Shown here piece after piece: positions 38,368 to 51,005 of a DNA stretch of 64,000 nucleotides; position 1 is the stretch's first letter, and each line of letters begins with the position of its first letter. The notes under the pieces are model-generated. The model had not been told where the DNA came from and made no database searches. It saw only the letters and a list, made by a program, of their open reading frames with translations. This DNA comes from Callorhinchus milii (lineage: Eukaryota). The stretch spans positions 7,874,001 to 7,938,000 of the forward strand of contig NW_024704757.1 in assembly GCF_018977255.1 (NCBI RefSeq), given 5' to 3'. Position numbers and translations under genes: made by a program.

Positions 38368-38515
38368 CCTTGTGAGTTCAGAGTTTCATTGGATTTGAGC
38401 AACAATTTGGATAAGACAGTGAAGAGTTTCAAGCGCATTTCAGGATCTCGGTTGGGCTGCAGGCAAGCCGTCAAGACAGGAAAAACTTCATGAATGGATT
38501 CACCTAGGACAGGAC
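38368..38515 (-). CDS. DNAAF5: DNAAF5 coding exon (approx. exon 9)
   Basis: Manual translation (G)[48 protein letters not shown](G); aatag/gtaggt; 148 bp, phase 1-2. Confidence 0.95.
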
Positions 38516-40033
38516 CTATTAAAGACAGGAGATTACAGCTTCACTTTCCAATCTTTATTTCATAGCTTGTAACTTGAATGACCACAGGGTATATCTGGCA
38601 CATAGCGATGAACGTTTGAAAAAAGTAACTTTGCTTTACATTATTAATCGATAAGTAATTAATAAAATACTTTAATTTGATACCATCTCTCATATGTTGA
38701 AGGGTCTCAACGCACTTCATATACTTGATTACTTGGATTGATGTAATTTAAGCATACACCACAGCTAATCTGCACCAGCAATGTCTCACATCAGGCAAAC
38801 TTTTTTTTTAAATGAATTAATTTTATTAATGATGGAAGGATATCGGCCAGGATACTCGGGAGGACTCCCTGTTCTTTGAAACAGTGCCATGACATTTTTA
38901 TCATCTACCTGGTTCAAGCAGATGGAATCTCTGTTTAATGACTCGGCTGATCGATGACATCTCTGACAATTCAGTACTCTGAGTATCAAACTTTGGTATC
39001 AAGTAAGATTATAAGATAAACTCTAATGCACAACTTTCTGACCCAGAAGGGAGAATACTGCTAACTGAGCCAAACTGACACTAATCGTTTATCCACACCT
39101 GAAAGCACATTTGTTGAATTAGTGTGATTATTTTAGCATTTAGCATCATTTAATAAAAGATATGCTTACATTCAAAAATGTTGTGTAACAAATCTGGTGG
39201 AAGTCAAGCACTTCCAGTCCAACCAATTTCAATGAGCAACATCTGCTATTCCACATGTTCGTAATAAAATGTTTATATTTTTAATTTGAGGGTAATGCAG
39301 TAGTTATTTCCGAACAGTTCATATCACAGCACATCTAAGGGGTTCCACTTGTAGAAAATTATCTACAACTAAGATACGTTTATACACTCTTTTGCTACAT
39401 AGGGGTCCACCAATTCATCATGCCATATGGATGTGCAATCTATATAAATAGAAGCAAAACCCACCACACAATTTCCCTTCAGTCAGCAGTTCAACAAAGC
39501 GGCCATTTTATTAGAAAAAACGATTCCAAATTTACGTCATGATTTAAGCTAACACTTGGCTTTCTGATAGTTTGTGGCTTATAAAAGGATCCAGATTGTG
39601 CCACTTTGATCTCTAACCAGGTAAAATGGGCACCATGCAAGGTTTTCAGGCAGGATAGATGATTTTCCTCATGATGGAATAGCCCTTAAGGGGGAAGGTC
39701 AAAAGCCTTGGGATCTGTTCAAATGCATCCTTCGAAAACTGAAAAAACCCTCATATCTGCAGGAAATGTAAAAGCATTTTAAGGTTCAGAGACTGCACAG
39801 TAAAGAGGATAAAGATAAGGGAGAAAAATGTTTGGTCACCCAAAGAATTGTGAGAATTCTCTGCCCAGAAAGCAGATGGAAAATCCATTGGGCTGTTTAA
39901 ATAGGATAGACACATACATGAGAGGTATTGAAGGATGTGGAGAAAAGGGATCTTATAAAATATGGGCAGAGGTATGGCTGGCAGAGTGACCAATTTCTGT
40001 TCCTAAAGAGATAATGTCAAAATCAACCTGTTA

Positions 40034-40034
<1 letters not shown>

Positions 40035-40087
<53 letters not shown>

Positions 40088-40250
40088 AACCAAGAGAAAG
40101 TGATAGAGAATGTGCATGTGAAAGAGAAAAATCATGCACATGTGTGTGTGTGTGTGTGTATTTGTGTGAGCTAATGAGAGTGTAAGTGACAGAGAATGTG
40201 CATTGTATGAGAGTGTGAACATGTGTGTGCGTGAGTATGTGTGTGTAGGT
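40035..40250 (+). repeat. (TG)n microsatellite and degenerate TG/GA tract
   Basis: Pure (tg)n at 40035-40078, then degenerate copies. Confidence 0.95.
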
Positions 40251-41436
40251 GCGTTCATGAAGTGGAAAATATTAGAGGGAGCTATTTAGAAAAACTATAC
40301 AAAAAAGCATAGTTTTTTTTGAGGTTATGTTGCAGACAAGACGGAAAGCACCATAGACACCACAGAAGCAAGCATGATAGAAGCCAAATATTTGCTCAAA
40401 CATTTGCAGTTTGATGAAAAATAAGGAAGTCTGACAACAATGAGTAATGTTACCATCTTAACTACAACGGAAAGTATGAGTTTGATATTGAGCTTGATGT
40501 CTCGAGACACATCACAATTTGGTCTTTAAAACTATCTCCTAAAAAAATGTTGCCACTCCAAGAGGCTAAGATGATACTCATGCAGATTGGAAAATATTTT
40601 ATGAGGTTAAACTCCTGAATCAGTGGCGAGACACGAATTGTGGAAATTATAACATTGCTTTGAATCAACTTGACTGCAGTTCAAAGTTAAAATTTTCACC
40701 AAACAAAACTTAAAAAAGTAAATGAACCTCCATAAGTATAATGTACTAAGGAATGTAGTAGATTTATTTAAGATTTGCTTTCCCAAGTATTACAGATATT
40801 AAAAGTGCAAATATCTTTTAGTTGTACATAAGGGACTTAGTGGAGCTGGTTTTGTCCAGTGCAGATTATTGGGATTAAAGTCTCCTCTTTCAACTGTGTG
40901 AAAGGAGTTTGATTAGATTTAGATTTAGCTCGTCTCTGCTAAGCTTTAGCTGGTCACTGCAGTAAGTTAAACAACAAAAACTTCCATTTATATACCGCCT
41001 TCACAGGGGTACTGTCTTGGAACATTTGAATTCCACTAAATTTGGCAAAAGTTAGTAATCTCTTACAGAAACTACTGAAGTAACAGCCATGGAAAGAGTC
41101 AATTGTAGTGGAGCTTTATTCTGTATCTGTACCCCAATAAGTAAGACATTGGGGCCGAAATTGGCTGCAAAAGTGTCCCATCTTCTTAGAACTACACCAT
41201 CTTAATGGCAACAAAATGTTCCCAAATACACAAAAGAACAATTACCTGCTCTTCAAAACAAACACTTGTATTGATTGTTATTATCATTTTGTGCACTATT
41301 TCTGTTGTTCTCTCCTACAGTGGAATTTATCCCTTTTTGCTTAAAGTGAAGAAAAATTAAACATTTGCCTGTTCCATTGGGAAAAAAAATGAAGATGCAA
41401 CGATACAAACAATCATCCTGCATTAAACTCCATCCC

Positions 41437-41682
41437 TCAGTGCCTTCGCCTTGCTTCCTCCCTTTCCTCCTTCAAGGCCGGTCTCAAGACCTTTCTCTTT
41501 GACCGTACCTTCAGCTCCCCTCTCGACTCTCTACCCCCTCCTCGCTCCCTCCCTTCCCTCCCATCACCCTGACCATTTCCCCCCCCACCCCCCCCTGCTT
41601 GGGTCCTGACCCAACTGTCCAGCGCCTTGGGATGTCCTCCCGACATGAAAGGCGCTCTATAAATGAAATCTTGTTGTTGTAA
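41437..41682 (+). mobile_element. L2 3' end, near-identical to 14626-14860
   Basis: Same cagtgccttcgcc...ctcccctctcgactctctacccc...gggtcctgacccaactgt...aaaggcgctc sequence. Other 3' ends at ~7450-7660(+), 8545-8760(-), 47455-47850(-). Confidence 0.9.
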
Positions 41683-42174
41683 ATCAATTGAAAGCATACT
41701 TCAGTTAAAGGAAGTTTATCCTTCAGCCGCATTTGATAACAATTCTTTTGAAAATACAGTGGTATACCGCAACATATCTGGAGGTTGTGTGTCGTCTGTT
41801 TAATGAAAAGTTAAATCTAAGTCCTGTCTGCCTCTTTAGGCAGATGTTAAAGATCCCAAGGCACTATTCAAAAGGTGAAGGAGTTTTCTCCTGGTGACAC
41901 AATCCTCCAGATAAGATTGGTGACTCACTTCATGGCTGTTTGTGGGACATTGCTGTGTGCAAGTTGTCTGCTGAGTTTGCCTATACGGGGTCACTATACT
42001 TCACAGTAATTCCTGTGAACCCCTTAATACGTTTCCATGACTTAATAAAGTGCAATAAAGATTGCAAGGGTTATTATTGCATTCAGAAGTGCAACCCTAG
42101 TCTTCCAACAAATAGGACCAAAAGGCATCATGTCATTTACTATCTAAAATTTGACTGCCAGCTAATTTCCTTAC

Positions 42175-42343
42175 CTGATTGAGTGATTAGAGTTTCAAAT
42201 TGTCGGTGTTCCACTGAGTAGGTGGTCCACTGGTGCTCTGTGGCTGCAACCCATCCTATTAGCTGACTCATATGTTGTCTGTACAAATCCAGAAAGCTGT
42301 CCAAATTCTGGACCGTAGCGAGGCAAGCTAAGGTCTTCTCGAC
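42175..42343 (-). CDS. DNAAF5: DNAAF5 coding exon (approx. exon 8)
   Basis: VEKTLACLATVQNLDSFLDLYRQHMSQLIGWVAATEHQWTTYSVEHRQFETLITQS(G); tgcag/gtaagg; 169 bp, phase 0-1. Confidence 0.93.
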
Positions 42344-43547
42344 CTGCAATCAGCACACAATTTCATTGCAACACACCCTAAAAGAGCTCCAACATAATGG
42401 TAACATTCACAAATTACCCAATACATGGCTGAAGTTTGATTTGTACTGAAATTTGTACTGAACTATTTTTTAAAACAACATTTCAATTTGAACGCCAACA
42501 TAGCCAAATTTAAAAAAAACGTTTGTGCTCATTAAATTAAAAGAAATCAGTGCTAGAAATGGGAAACGAGATGACTGAGTGCAAACCTAACCTACGCAAA
42601 GTAAGTAATTCTTGTGAACATTGCAAGAAAGAAAAATTGGCAGAATTCTGAAAACGGTAAAGGCGATCCAGCACCTGATCGTTTAAGCTCAACCAGAACT
42701 CAGCTCATATTGAATCACATTCAATCATTTTGAGATTTCTGCATCAAAGGACACTTTGATGCCAAAGAGCCTGGAGGTTCTGATTGATTTTACTAGCATT
42801 ATACGCTATAGGTTTGGTCAATCATTATACTGTTATGTAACAATGTCCATTATTCAGCAACTGTACATTTTCAAAGTTTTCATGCCATGAAGTTGAAGAA
42901 GGCTCACAGTGACCAGCGGGTAGCAGACAGATGCAGTACATCGGCACTCAAATGCATCACAAAGTGTCTGACTGAAGTCCAATCAAGCATCTTGCCCACA
43001 ACCATCATTTACTATTGTTCGACAAGATAACATTTACTATTGTTTGGCAAATCCTGCAAGTTTCACTGCTGCAGGAATTTAAAATCAATATGAAACATCA
43101 ATTGTTTTGATGTTGCAATACCAGGAGCAGCATTATGCCTATTTTCTACAGAGGTGATCAAGGGTCACACTGCAGGGATTTGAGCCATGATAACAGGCAG
43201 ATCAAGTAAATTCATGATATGCCCGAGAAACATATTGAAATTATCCCATCTGAGAGCACAAAGTTCCTCACGTTGACTTCATTAGGTTTAAAGACACTGA
43301 ATCTTGGGATCCATTCAATCTAGTCAACATTTTTTCCACTCAAAACCACTTGAAGTTCAAGAAAAGCCAAACCCCACTGCTGGATAGAACGCAAGCTACA
43401 AATTAGAATGTGGACAAAATGTAAATTGGAGAGGAACAAACCCTTTCATTTTGGCTTTGAAATGGTTAGATTTCTAAAAAAAATCAATAGCCAAATTACA
43501 GATAAACTTTAACAAACCGATATACATAGAGCTGTGGCTTGTCATAC

Positions 43548-43691
43548 CTTGTTTTTCAGCTCCTGGTCAGATGTTACCGATGTTATGGTTACCATCACTT
43601 TCAGCAGTTGTAGACTGATTTCACTACATGACTTCCCACATACTGTAATTAATGTCTGCACACAGAGAAGTTCTTGTTCCAAATATTCCAG
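43548..43691 (-). CDS. DNAAF5: DNAAF5 coding exon (approx. exon 7)
   Basis: Manual translation LEYLEQELLCVQTLITVCGKSCSEISLQLLKVMVTITSVTSDQELKNK; gaag/gtatga sites; 144 bp, phase 0-0. Confidence 0.92.
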
Positions 43692-46559
43692 CTTCAGTCA
43701 ACCCAGAAGAGAAAGAGAAAATAAATGGATCAATCATTTTCTTTCCTCATTAGAAACTCCATCTCAATTCCTCATTAATGTACATGAAAAGGGAACTTTA
43801 GAACCCACAGGGATTTATAAGGTGCTGATGGAAATCACAAATCTGTGCTAAATTTGATCCCAAAGGTACATTAAAAGCCTTTGACATTTTTCTTTGCAAC
43901 ATCAGAAATGTTTTCCATTTGCCATGCATATGAATGGAAATGTATGCAGTTTCTTTACTTTAGCTCTACTGGGGGAAATGGGAAGGAATCTGCATCTCTG
44001 ATCGAACACTGAAACCTATCCATTTCCAGAGGTCTTCATCTACTTCGTATACATGAACTTCCTGCTGTAATTCTTTCAGCAATAGCCAATGCTGACAGAT
44101 ATAATTTTCTACATTCTTATGATCTTCAGATCGTGATTTTGTTTTTCACCCTTGCATGATTGCGTTGCATAACCAGAACTTTCAGTTTCCGTACATTTCT
44201 TTGTCAGCTTTCTAAAGCTGATTGTTAATCAAACAGCAAGATCAAGATCCATTATATGTCACTTCAATATGTACTAAAGCACTGTAGGCTTTGTGTAATG
44301 ACAGTATTCTTTCTTTAACTATGGTCAATTGGTTTAGACAAAAGCCACAAATCTATTTCCTCACAACATTTATTGGAGTGTTGCCATTAATGCAACAGAT
44401 TTCAAGAAGGATCTGATTTCATTCAGTTAAGCTTGCCATGTGCAAAATATAGCGAAAGACACCTTCTTATAGAGACGAAGCACTTTTTGAAAGGACTGAA
44501 ATTGCTTTGCTGAGAAAGAGACACTTAATATGTTGATTTACCAATCGTATATTCTCCCTGAGAACATGTAATTAACACTTGGCCCTGCTCAGTGGACGTA
44601 ACTGATTGACAGATCAATTCTCTACAAAATATTCGATAGAAAGAAAACTGTGCACATTCATTAGTGAACAATAATAAAGAAGGCTATTATGGAAAAGGAT
44701 GGTGGAAAGAGGTAGATGGTAAATAAGGACATAGAATGAAAGAGGAATTAGAGCAACAGAACATCTTTGAGAAATAAAGTTCAGGGCATTATTAACGTAT
44801 TAATGCAAACTTACAACCATTTCATCCAATCTTTACATGAAAAGAAAACGACTGCATTGAATCACGGGTAACGTAGTCTTGACTCATCACCGTCTGCGCA
44901 CTTACCGGCTGCATTGAATTACGCATGCACAGTATAGATTATTGATTAAATCGGATTTTGTACAAGTTATACACGTTTGCCTGCAACTTGGTCTTCATGC
45001 AAATCATATTAAATTGATACGACTTATGTGAGTTTTATTGTTGTACTTTTCATGTCGGGAGGACATCTTAAAGGATTTCACAGGATTTACTGTGAGGTGA
45101 AATTTCTACGTGTAGACGGAGTGCATGTGTGGAACTTTCAGTTCTGTTTGGATACTCTTAAGCTTGGTGATGTGTTTCTGCACATGTCAGAAACACAGCA
45201 GACCAAGACAAATTGCCATCAAGGATTCTTTTTTACGTGCAGCACTGGCCAATACAGAGCTAAAGTTCCCGCTGTCCTGCTCCAACAGTTCACCATCATC
45301 ACAACCTACAGCTCTCTGCACGCCAGTGTACCCACCTAGGGCATATTTCTATATATCTTCTCTGCGTGGTATTTCCAATTTGTACTGAACTGCAGATAAT
45401 TTTGTTCAGTGGCCACAAACTAGCAGGAAACAAGTTATGACTGTGCCGAATAAATGTTCCATTCAACCCTTGCAACTGGCAGAGAGGTCTTTCAGCCTAT
45501 CAATCAGGATGGATCAGAATGGACAGAAAGGAGGAACAACGTAACCACATTCCACAAAGTATCCTTTGTTAATAAAACATTATCTGGGTTTCACTGCTGT
45601 ACCATTCTATCGCAGCGACAGTGTGTTCAACAACTTCTTAAGTTACCATTCCATGTTAGTGCCTAGTTAGTAATAAGTGATGACAACTTCTTCCAAACAT
45701 AGCCTCCAGCAGCCACTAATAGTTTTGCAGCGCTTCCTGTTCTCGGCTCTTGGTTTAAAGACTATGGTTTACCAAGTAAACATGTTGATGTCACACCAAC
45801 ATTTCACAGGTGATAAGTTTTAAAGTTCCATTTTAAGAGAGGAAAAGTTTTTTTTAAAAAATCAAAATGCGCATTTAATATAATGTCAAGTCCAATGCTG
45901 TGCTAACCTAATTGCTGTTGGTCACTCCAGAGCTTCAGTCTAAGTGATGCAGCAATTAACATGAATTACAGGACAGCCCATTCTAATGGGAGTCATGCAT
46001 CAGTTCAAGTGTGAGCAGATTGGTCCCAGGCGTATGAAGGGAGGCAAATTCCGAAAAGTCTGAAGGTTCACATTTCAGTTGGTAGCTCAAAGGAGTAGTT
46101 TATTTAAGTCGCTAAAATATACAGATAACAAATCATACCAGCATTACTCCTGTTAGCTCCGATACTCAAATTACAGTCTCAATTGTTAACCTCCACATTG
46201 TACTCCACACAAAGTAGGACATAAAGGTTCTGGTGACTGCAATGCGGTACAGTGCCTGGTTTATATGTCTGGAAGCAATGTGCTGTTGCACCAAGTGATT
46301 TGAAGAAGGATTTAATTTTCCATATCCAAAATCTTGCAGGAGAGTTCGGTGCATGTGCAATGAACTTTCATTTACACTATATATTTGGTGATAGTTGGGA
46401 TCAAACATGCAGTGCAAACTCGTGACAGCATGAAATTGCCAGTGGACAATGCTCCTTTTTGCCTCTTACCAAAAATAGTTTCAGAAGTGATGCCATTCAC
46501 CACTGTGTAGGTTAAATATGGTAAGCCCAGTTGGACAAAGCAACTCATAAAGAGGGGAA

Positions 46560-46735
46560 AAAAAGGCATTTAAGGACATGAAGGAAAATGGCGCAGAGGA
46601 AAGACAAACGCATTACCAAAAGATGCCAGGATTGGAAGAAAGGTATCAGAATGTCGAAGAACATTTTTGAACTGAACATTGCAAGAGATGGGAAAGATAA
46701 CCATAAAAAGTTTTTCAGTTACATTAACATTCAAC
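46560..46735 (+). mobile_element. Old CR1 ORF2 linker fragment
   Basis: KKGIRMSKNIFELNIARDGKDNHKKFFSYIN resembles the CR1 IR.AK..E..LA.D.K.N.K.F..YI motif. Confidence 0.65.
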
Positions 46736-48190
46736 GTTCTGCACTTGCACCAGAATGCTCCCAGTGTCACTAATTTCAGTTATTTAACTAATTGCTGATT
46801 TTAAAACAAGGACTGACTTGGAGATTTGATCCTTTTATCACCAATTTAGATATGAGCAAGAACTTTGTGATGGCTGGAAGAGAGAGAGAAATAGTAGCTT
46901 TGAGTACATCCGCACTACACTGTGACCTTAAAAATGTGGTCAGGTTGAACCAAAATTGTCTCTCGTGGGAAAGTGTATGCCTCAAATATCAGAAACAAAT
47001 GCTTTGAGGTCAGCGCTATGATTTAACAATGAGAACTTGCAATAAAATATGCAATCCCTCCTACCTTCCATTTTTTTTGACACAACTACATTTTGTTTTG
47101 ACACAACTGCATTCCATCCCGCAAGTTGTCTCATCCATTTAACATCTAAAGCAAAAATGCACCAATATTTCACCACTTTCTCCCCAAATATAAATATGGG
47201 TCATAAATATATCAAGGAAACACAGGAGTAGACATCTTTCACTGAACTTTTCAAACTCTGCAATTTCTTCCATTTGAGAGCAAATCAACCATAAGACCAA
47301 AAGTTTTAAACTGGGCGTTGACTGTCCAGCCATATGACTGCTAAAATCAGCAGAAGTAAATTTTTATGAGATTCCTTTGATCAAATATCATAAAATTAAA
47401 TTATTTTTGAGAAATTGCTTCAAATTTCCTCCTTTTAAAAGATTACTATCATTATAATAATTTACATATATATAGTGCCCTTATAATATTGGGAGGACAT
47501 CCCAAAGCTCTGGACAGTCTAGGATTTGCACCTGAGTTGGAGGTGGTGGGGGTTTTGAAGAACTGGAGGTGGCAAGGGGGGAGGGGGAAAAGGTGGCCAA
47601 AAGCACGGTCAAAGAGGAAGGTCTTCATGTGGAGACAAGGGAAGGGGCAAGTCAAACGAACTTCAGGATGAAGTTCCAGAGGGTGGGGCCAGACACGCTG
47701 GAAGTCCTACTGCCCCTGGTGGAGCGGGGGAAACGAGAAGCAAGCTGGTGCCTGCTAACCAGAGGGCATGACTGGGTTTGTAGGGTTTAAGGAAGTCACG
47801 GAGGGTGGAGCAAGATCATGGAGGGAATTAAAGGTGAGGATCTTGAACTTAATAATAATACTTGCATTTGATATTGCTCCAAAACACTGTTAAGCAGTTC
47901 AGAGTTTTTTTGCAAAGCGTATTGAATAAATGGTTTGCTGAAATTATTCAATGAAAATAGGTTGATACAGACCTCCAAAGCACTGCTACATTTTTAAAAA
48001 ATAGTGGCGTCAAAGATCTCATAACCTTATTTAAAAAGGAGGCTCTCCTATGTCTTGCATAATTTGGTCATAAACCTCATGACTATTTGTGGGACATTGT
48101 TGCGTAGAAATCGGCTACTGTTTTTACCTATAAACACTATCATTAAATAAAATAACAATGATCTTTGCATTTGATATAGCTCCTCCTTGT

Positions 48191-48510
48191 GGAGTCCTGA
48201 AGCTCAGTGGTTAGAGCACTCGCTTTGCAAGTGAGAGACCTGAGTTCAATTCCAGGCAGGGCGTAACCTTGGGCAAGTTTCCTTACTCCACACAGAGCCT
48301 AATAATAATCCGTCCAAAAAACAAAAACAATAATAAATTGGTCATTTTCAATCTACGACTGTTTGTGGGACATTGCTGTGTGCAATTGGCTGCCGCGTTC
48401 GCCCACAAATATACAGTCAATTCACTTAACAGTCTATTCTGTGAAGTGCTTTGGGACATCTAGAAGACGTGAAAAGCGCTATATCAAATGCAAGGATTAT
48501 TATTATTCTT
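48191..48510 (+). mobile_element. Full-length tRNA-derived SINE with Deu-like core and L2-derived tail
   Basis: Head with A box (agctcagtgg), anticodon arm ctcgc-tttgcaa-gtgag and B box (gagttcaattc); core ctgtttgtgggacattgctgtgtgcaattggctgccgcg; tail gtgaaaagcgctatatcaaatgcaagg(att)n. Confidence 0.9.
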
Positions 48511-48752
48511 ATGTTGTTGAAACATCTCAAAGTGCTTCATAGGATTTATTGTAAAGTGTAGTCACTACATTTGTAAATGCAGATATTTCATGTTTTTGGT
48601 AACTTTGTTGCTCAAATAGCTCAAAAAGAATAGTTCAATCAGTTCTGTGAACCAACCCCTAACACCTGTTTATCAACCATCAAATGAGACTGAAGAGAGA
48701 ATGCTAGGACCTTGTATGTTTAGTTTGAGTCATTTGAACGTTGAAAATCGGC

Positions 48753-50627
48753 CAACAACAACAAAATTACATTTGTATAGCACCTGTCACGGAGGGAGCG
48801 GTCAGGTTTAGGAGGTCGCAGAGGTACGGAGGAACAAGACTATGGATGGCTTTGAAAGTGAGAACCAGGATCTTGAACTGTATCCTCTGCGTGATGGGAA
48901 ACCAGTGGAGTCGGGTGAGGATGGGTGTGATAGGGTGACGGAGCCTGGTGCGGGAGAGGTCATGGGCTGCAGAGTTCTGGATGATCTGCAGTCTATAGAG
49001 GGACGAGTTCTGGGGGATGACAAGCAGGGAGTTTGCGCAGTCGAGCCTGGATGTTATGAATGTGTGTATGAGGGTCTCGGTGGCCTGTTGTATGAGACGG
49101 TGGTGGAGCCGGGCAATGTTGCAGAGGTGGGAGAAGGCAGAGCGGGTCATAGCACGGATGTGGGGTAGAAAGGATAGTTGAGGGTCAAACAAGACGACAA
49201 AGTTCTGGAGTGGTTTTGGTAAGGTGGAGTGTACATCTTTGGCTTGGTGATGTTGTCAGTGTCTGAGGTGTGGAGGGACTGATGGGATCCGATCAGGACA
49301 GCCTTGGTCTTGTTGATGTTCAACTGTAGAAAGTTAGCTCCCCTCCAGGACTTGATGTGACAGACATTCTGTCAGGACAGCAGTGGTCTTGGAGTTGAGG
49401 GTGGAAGCAGAAAGATAAGAGTTGGGTGTCATCCACATACATATGGAAATTGACCCCATGTCTATGGATGATGTCACCAAGAGGGAGCATATAGATATTG
49501 AAAAGGAGGGGACCATGGACAGAGCCCTGAGGAACTCCGCACGAAACAGTGCAGGGGCTAGAGGAGAAGCCATTTGTGGAGATGAAGTGGAGTCAGTGTG
49601 AGAGGTAGGATCTGAACCATTCAACAACAACAAAATTACATTTGTATAGTGCTTTTCACATCGGGAGGATGTCCCAAGGCACTGGACAATCAATGTTTTG
49701 GACCTGAGCTGGGAATCAGGATTGGGGAGGGTGACAGGCAGGAGGAGAAGGAGGGTGACTGAAGGCATGGTCGAAGACTGAACAGGAGTGTCTCGAGATG
49801 GATGTTGAAGGAGGCAAAGGAGGCGGCGACATTGAGGGACTGCGGGTGGGGGCAGAGAGGCAGAAGGCTCGCCCACTACTGGTGGGGCAGGTGAGGCGGG
49901 GGCTGGAGTCCGCTGAGTGGAGGGAGCGGGCAGGTTGCTAAGGGGTTAGCAGGTCCCAGAGGTGGAGAAGAGCAAGGCCATGGACGGCTTTGAAAGTGAG
50001 GACCAGGATCTTGAACTGTATCCTCTGTGTGATGGGAAGCCAGTGGAATCGGGCGAGGATTGGGGTGACAGGATCGCGGAGCCTGGTACGGGATAGGACA
50101 TGGGCTCCAGAGTTCTTGATAATCTGGAGCTTATGGAGGGAGGAGTTGGGGAGGCCGACAAGCAGGGAGTTTGCGTAGTTGAGCCTGGATGTTATGAATG
50201 CATGTATGAGGGCTCGACGCCTGCGGTGTGAGACAGTGGTGGAGCCAGGCAATCTTGCGGAGGTGGGGGAAGGCAGAGCGGGACAAGAGGTGGTGGAGGA
50301 GGATAGAGTGGTCAATGGTATTGAAGGCAGCAGAGAGGTCAAGGAGGACGAGGAGGCATTTTGTCGCTAACGGACAAAATGTCATTTGTCACTATGATCA
50401 GAGCTGTTTCTGTGCTGTGGGCGACATGGAAGCCTGATTGGAGGGGTGGCGGGATAGGAAGGAGCGAAGCAATGACTTGTTCCAGGACCTTGGAAAGGAA
50501 AGGAGGTTGGAGATGGGGCGGTAGTTTGAGAGCAGGCAGGGATGGGCTTTTTAAGGATAGGAGTGATGATGGCGTTTTTAAAGGGGTGGGAATGGTGCCA
50601 GAGGACATGGAGAGGTTTATGATGTCA
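48753..50627 (-). mobile_element. Two head-to-tail, internally deleted L2 copies (48753-49618 and 49621-50627)
   Basis: Both begin on + with caacaacaacaaaattacatttgtatag tails; RT/C-terminal motifs LLDLSAAF, SRLDCANSLL, TPILTRLHWFP. Confidence 0.9.
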
Positions 50628-50792
50628 AGCTAAGTAAACAACTATCATTATTATCCAAATGCAGAAGAGAAGTGAGCTGGGGGATGATCCTTTCATACCT
50701 AGATGCTTTACTACACATGTTGAAGCCTCCTATGACATTGTAAATTTGTGAAACAAATAATACAAGGGTATGAAGCACAAGCTAACATATAC

Positions 50793-51005
50793 CTTCTCAG
50801 ATGCCTGACACACATCAGGAAGTGCCAAGGTGGTACCAATTCTCATTAGATGTGGGTGTAGAATTGGTCCTGAGCTGCCTTTCAGGACTGCAGACAGAAC
50901 CATCAGGTGAGCTGAGCAGGCTGATTTATCAAGCGTCGTAAGAATCAGTTTCAGAAATACCTCGGGGTTTACAAAGATTCCAATCAGCTCTGCCGACTTG
51001 ACTGA
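50793..51005 (-). CDS. DNAAF5: DNAAF5 coding exon (approx. exon 6)
   Basis: SVKSAELIGIFVNPEVFLKLIL...LALPDVCQASEK; ttcag/gtatat splice sites; 213 bp, phase 0-0. Confidence 0.95.

Noticed and set aside
41710-41740. QMRLK on the minus strand resembling DNAAF5 DPQMRLKLF
   Set aside because: The true exon with correct length and phase is at 38368-38515; this match has no flanking similarity.
48191-48262. tRNA-Ala(TGC)-like sequence
   Set aside because: It is the head of a SINE, continuing into the Deu core and tail, with diverged copies elsewhere; not a tRNA gene.
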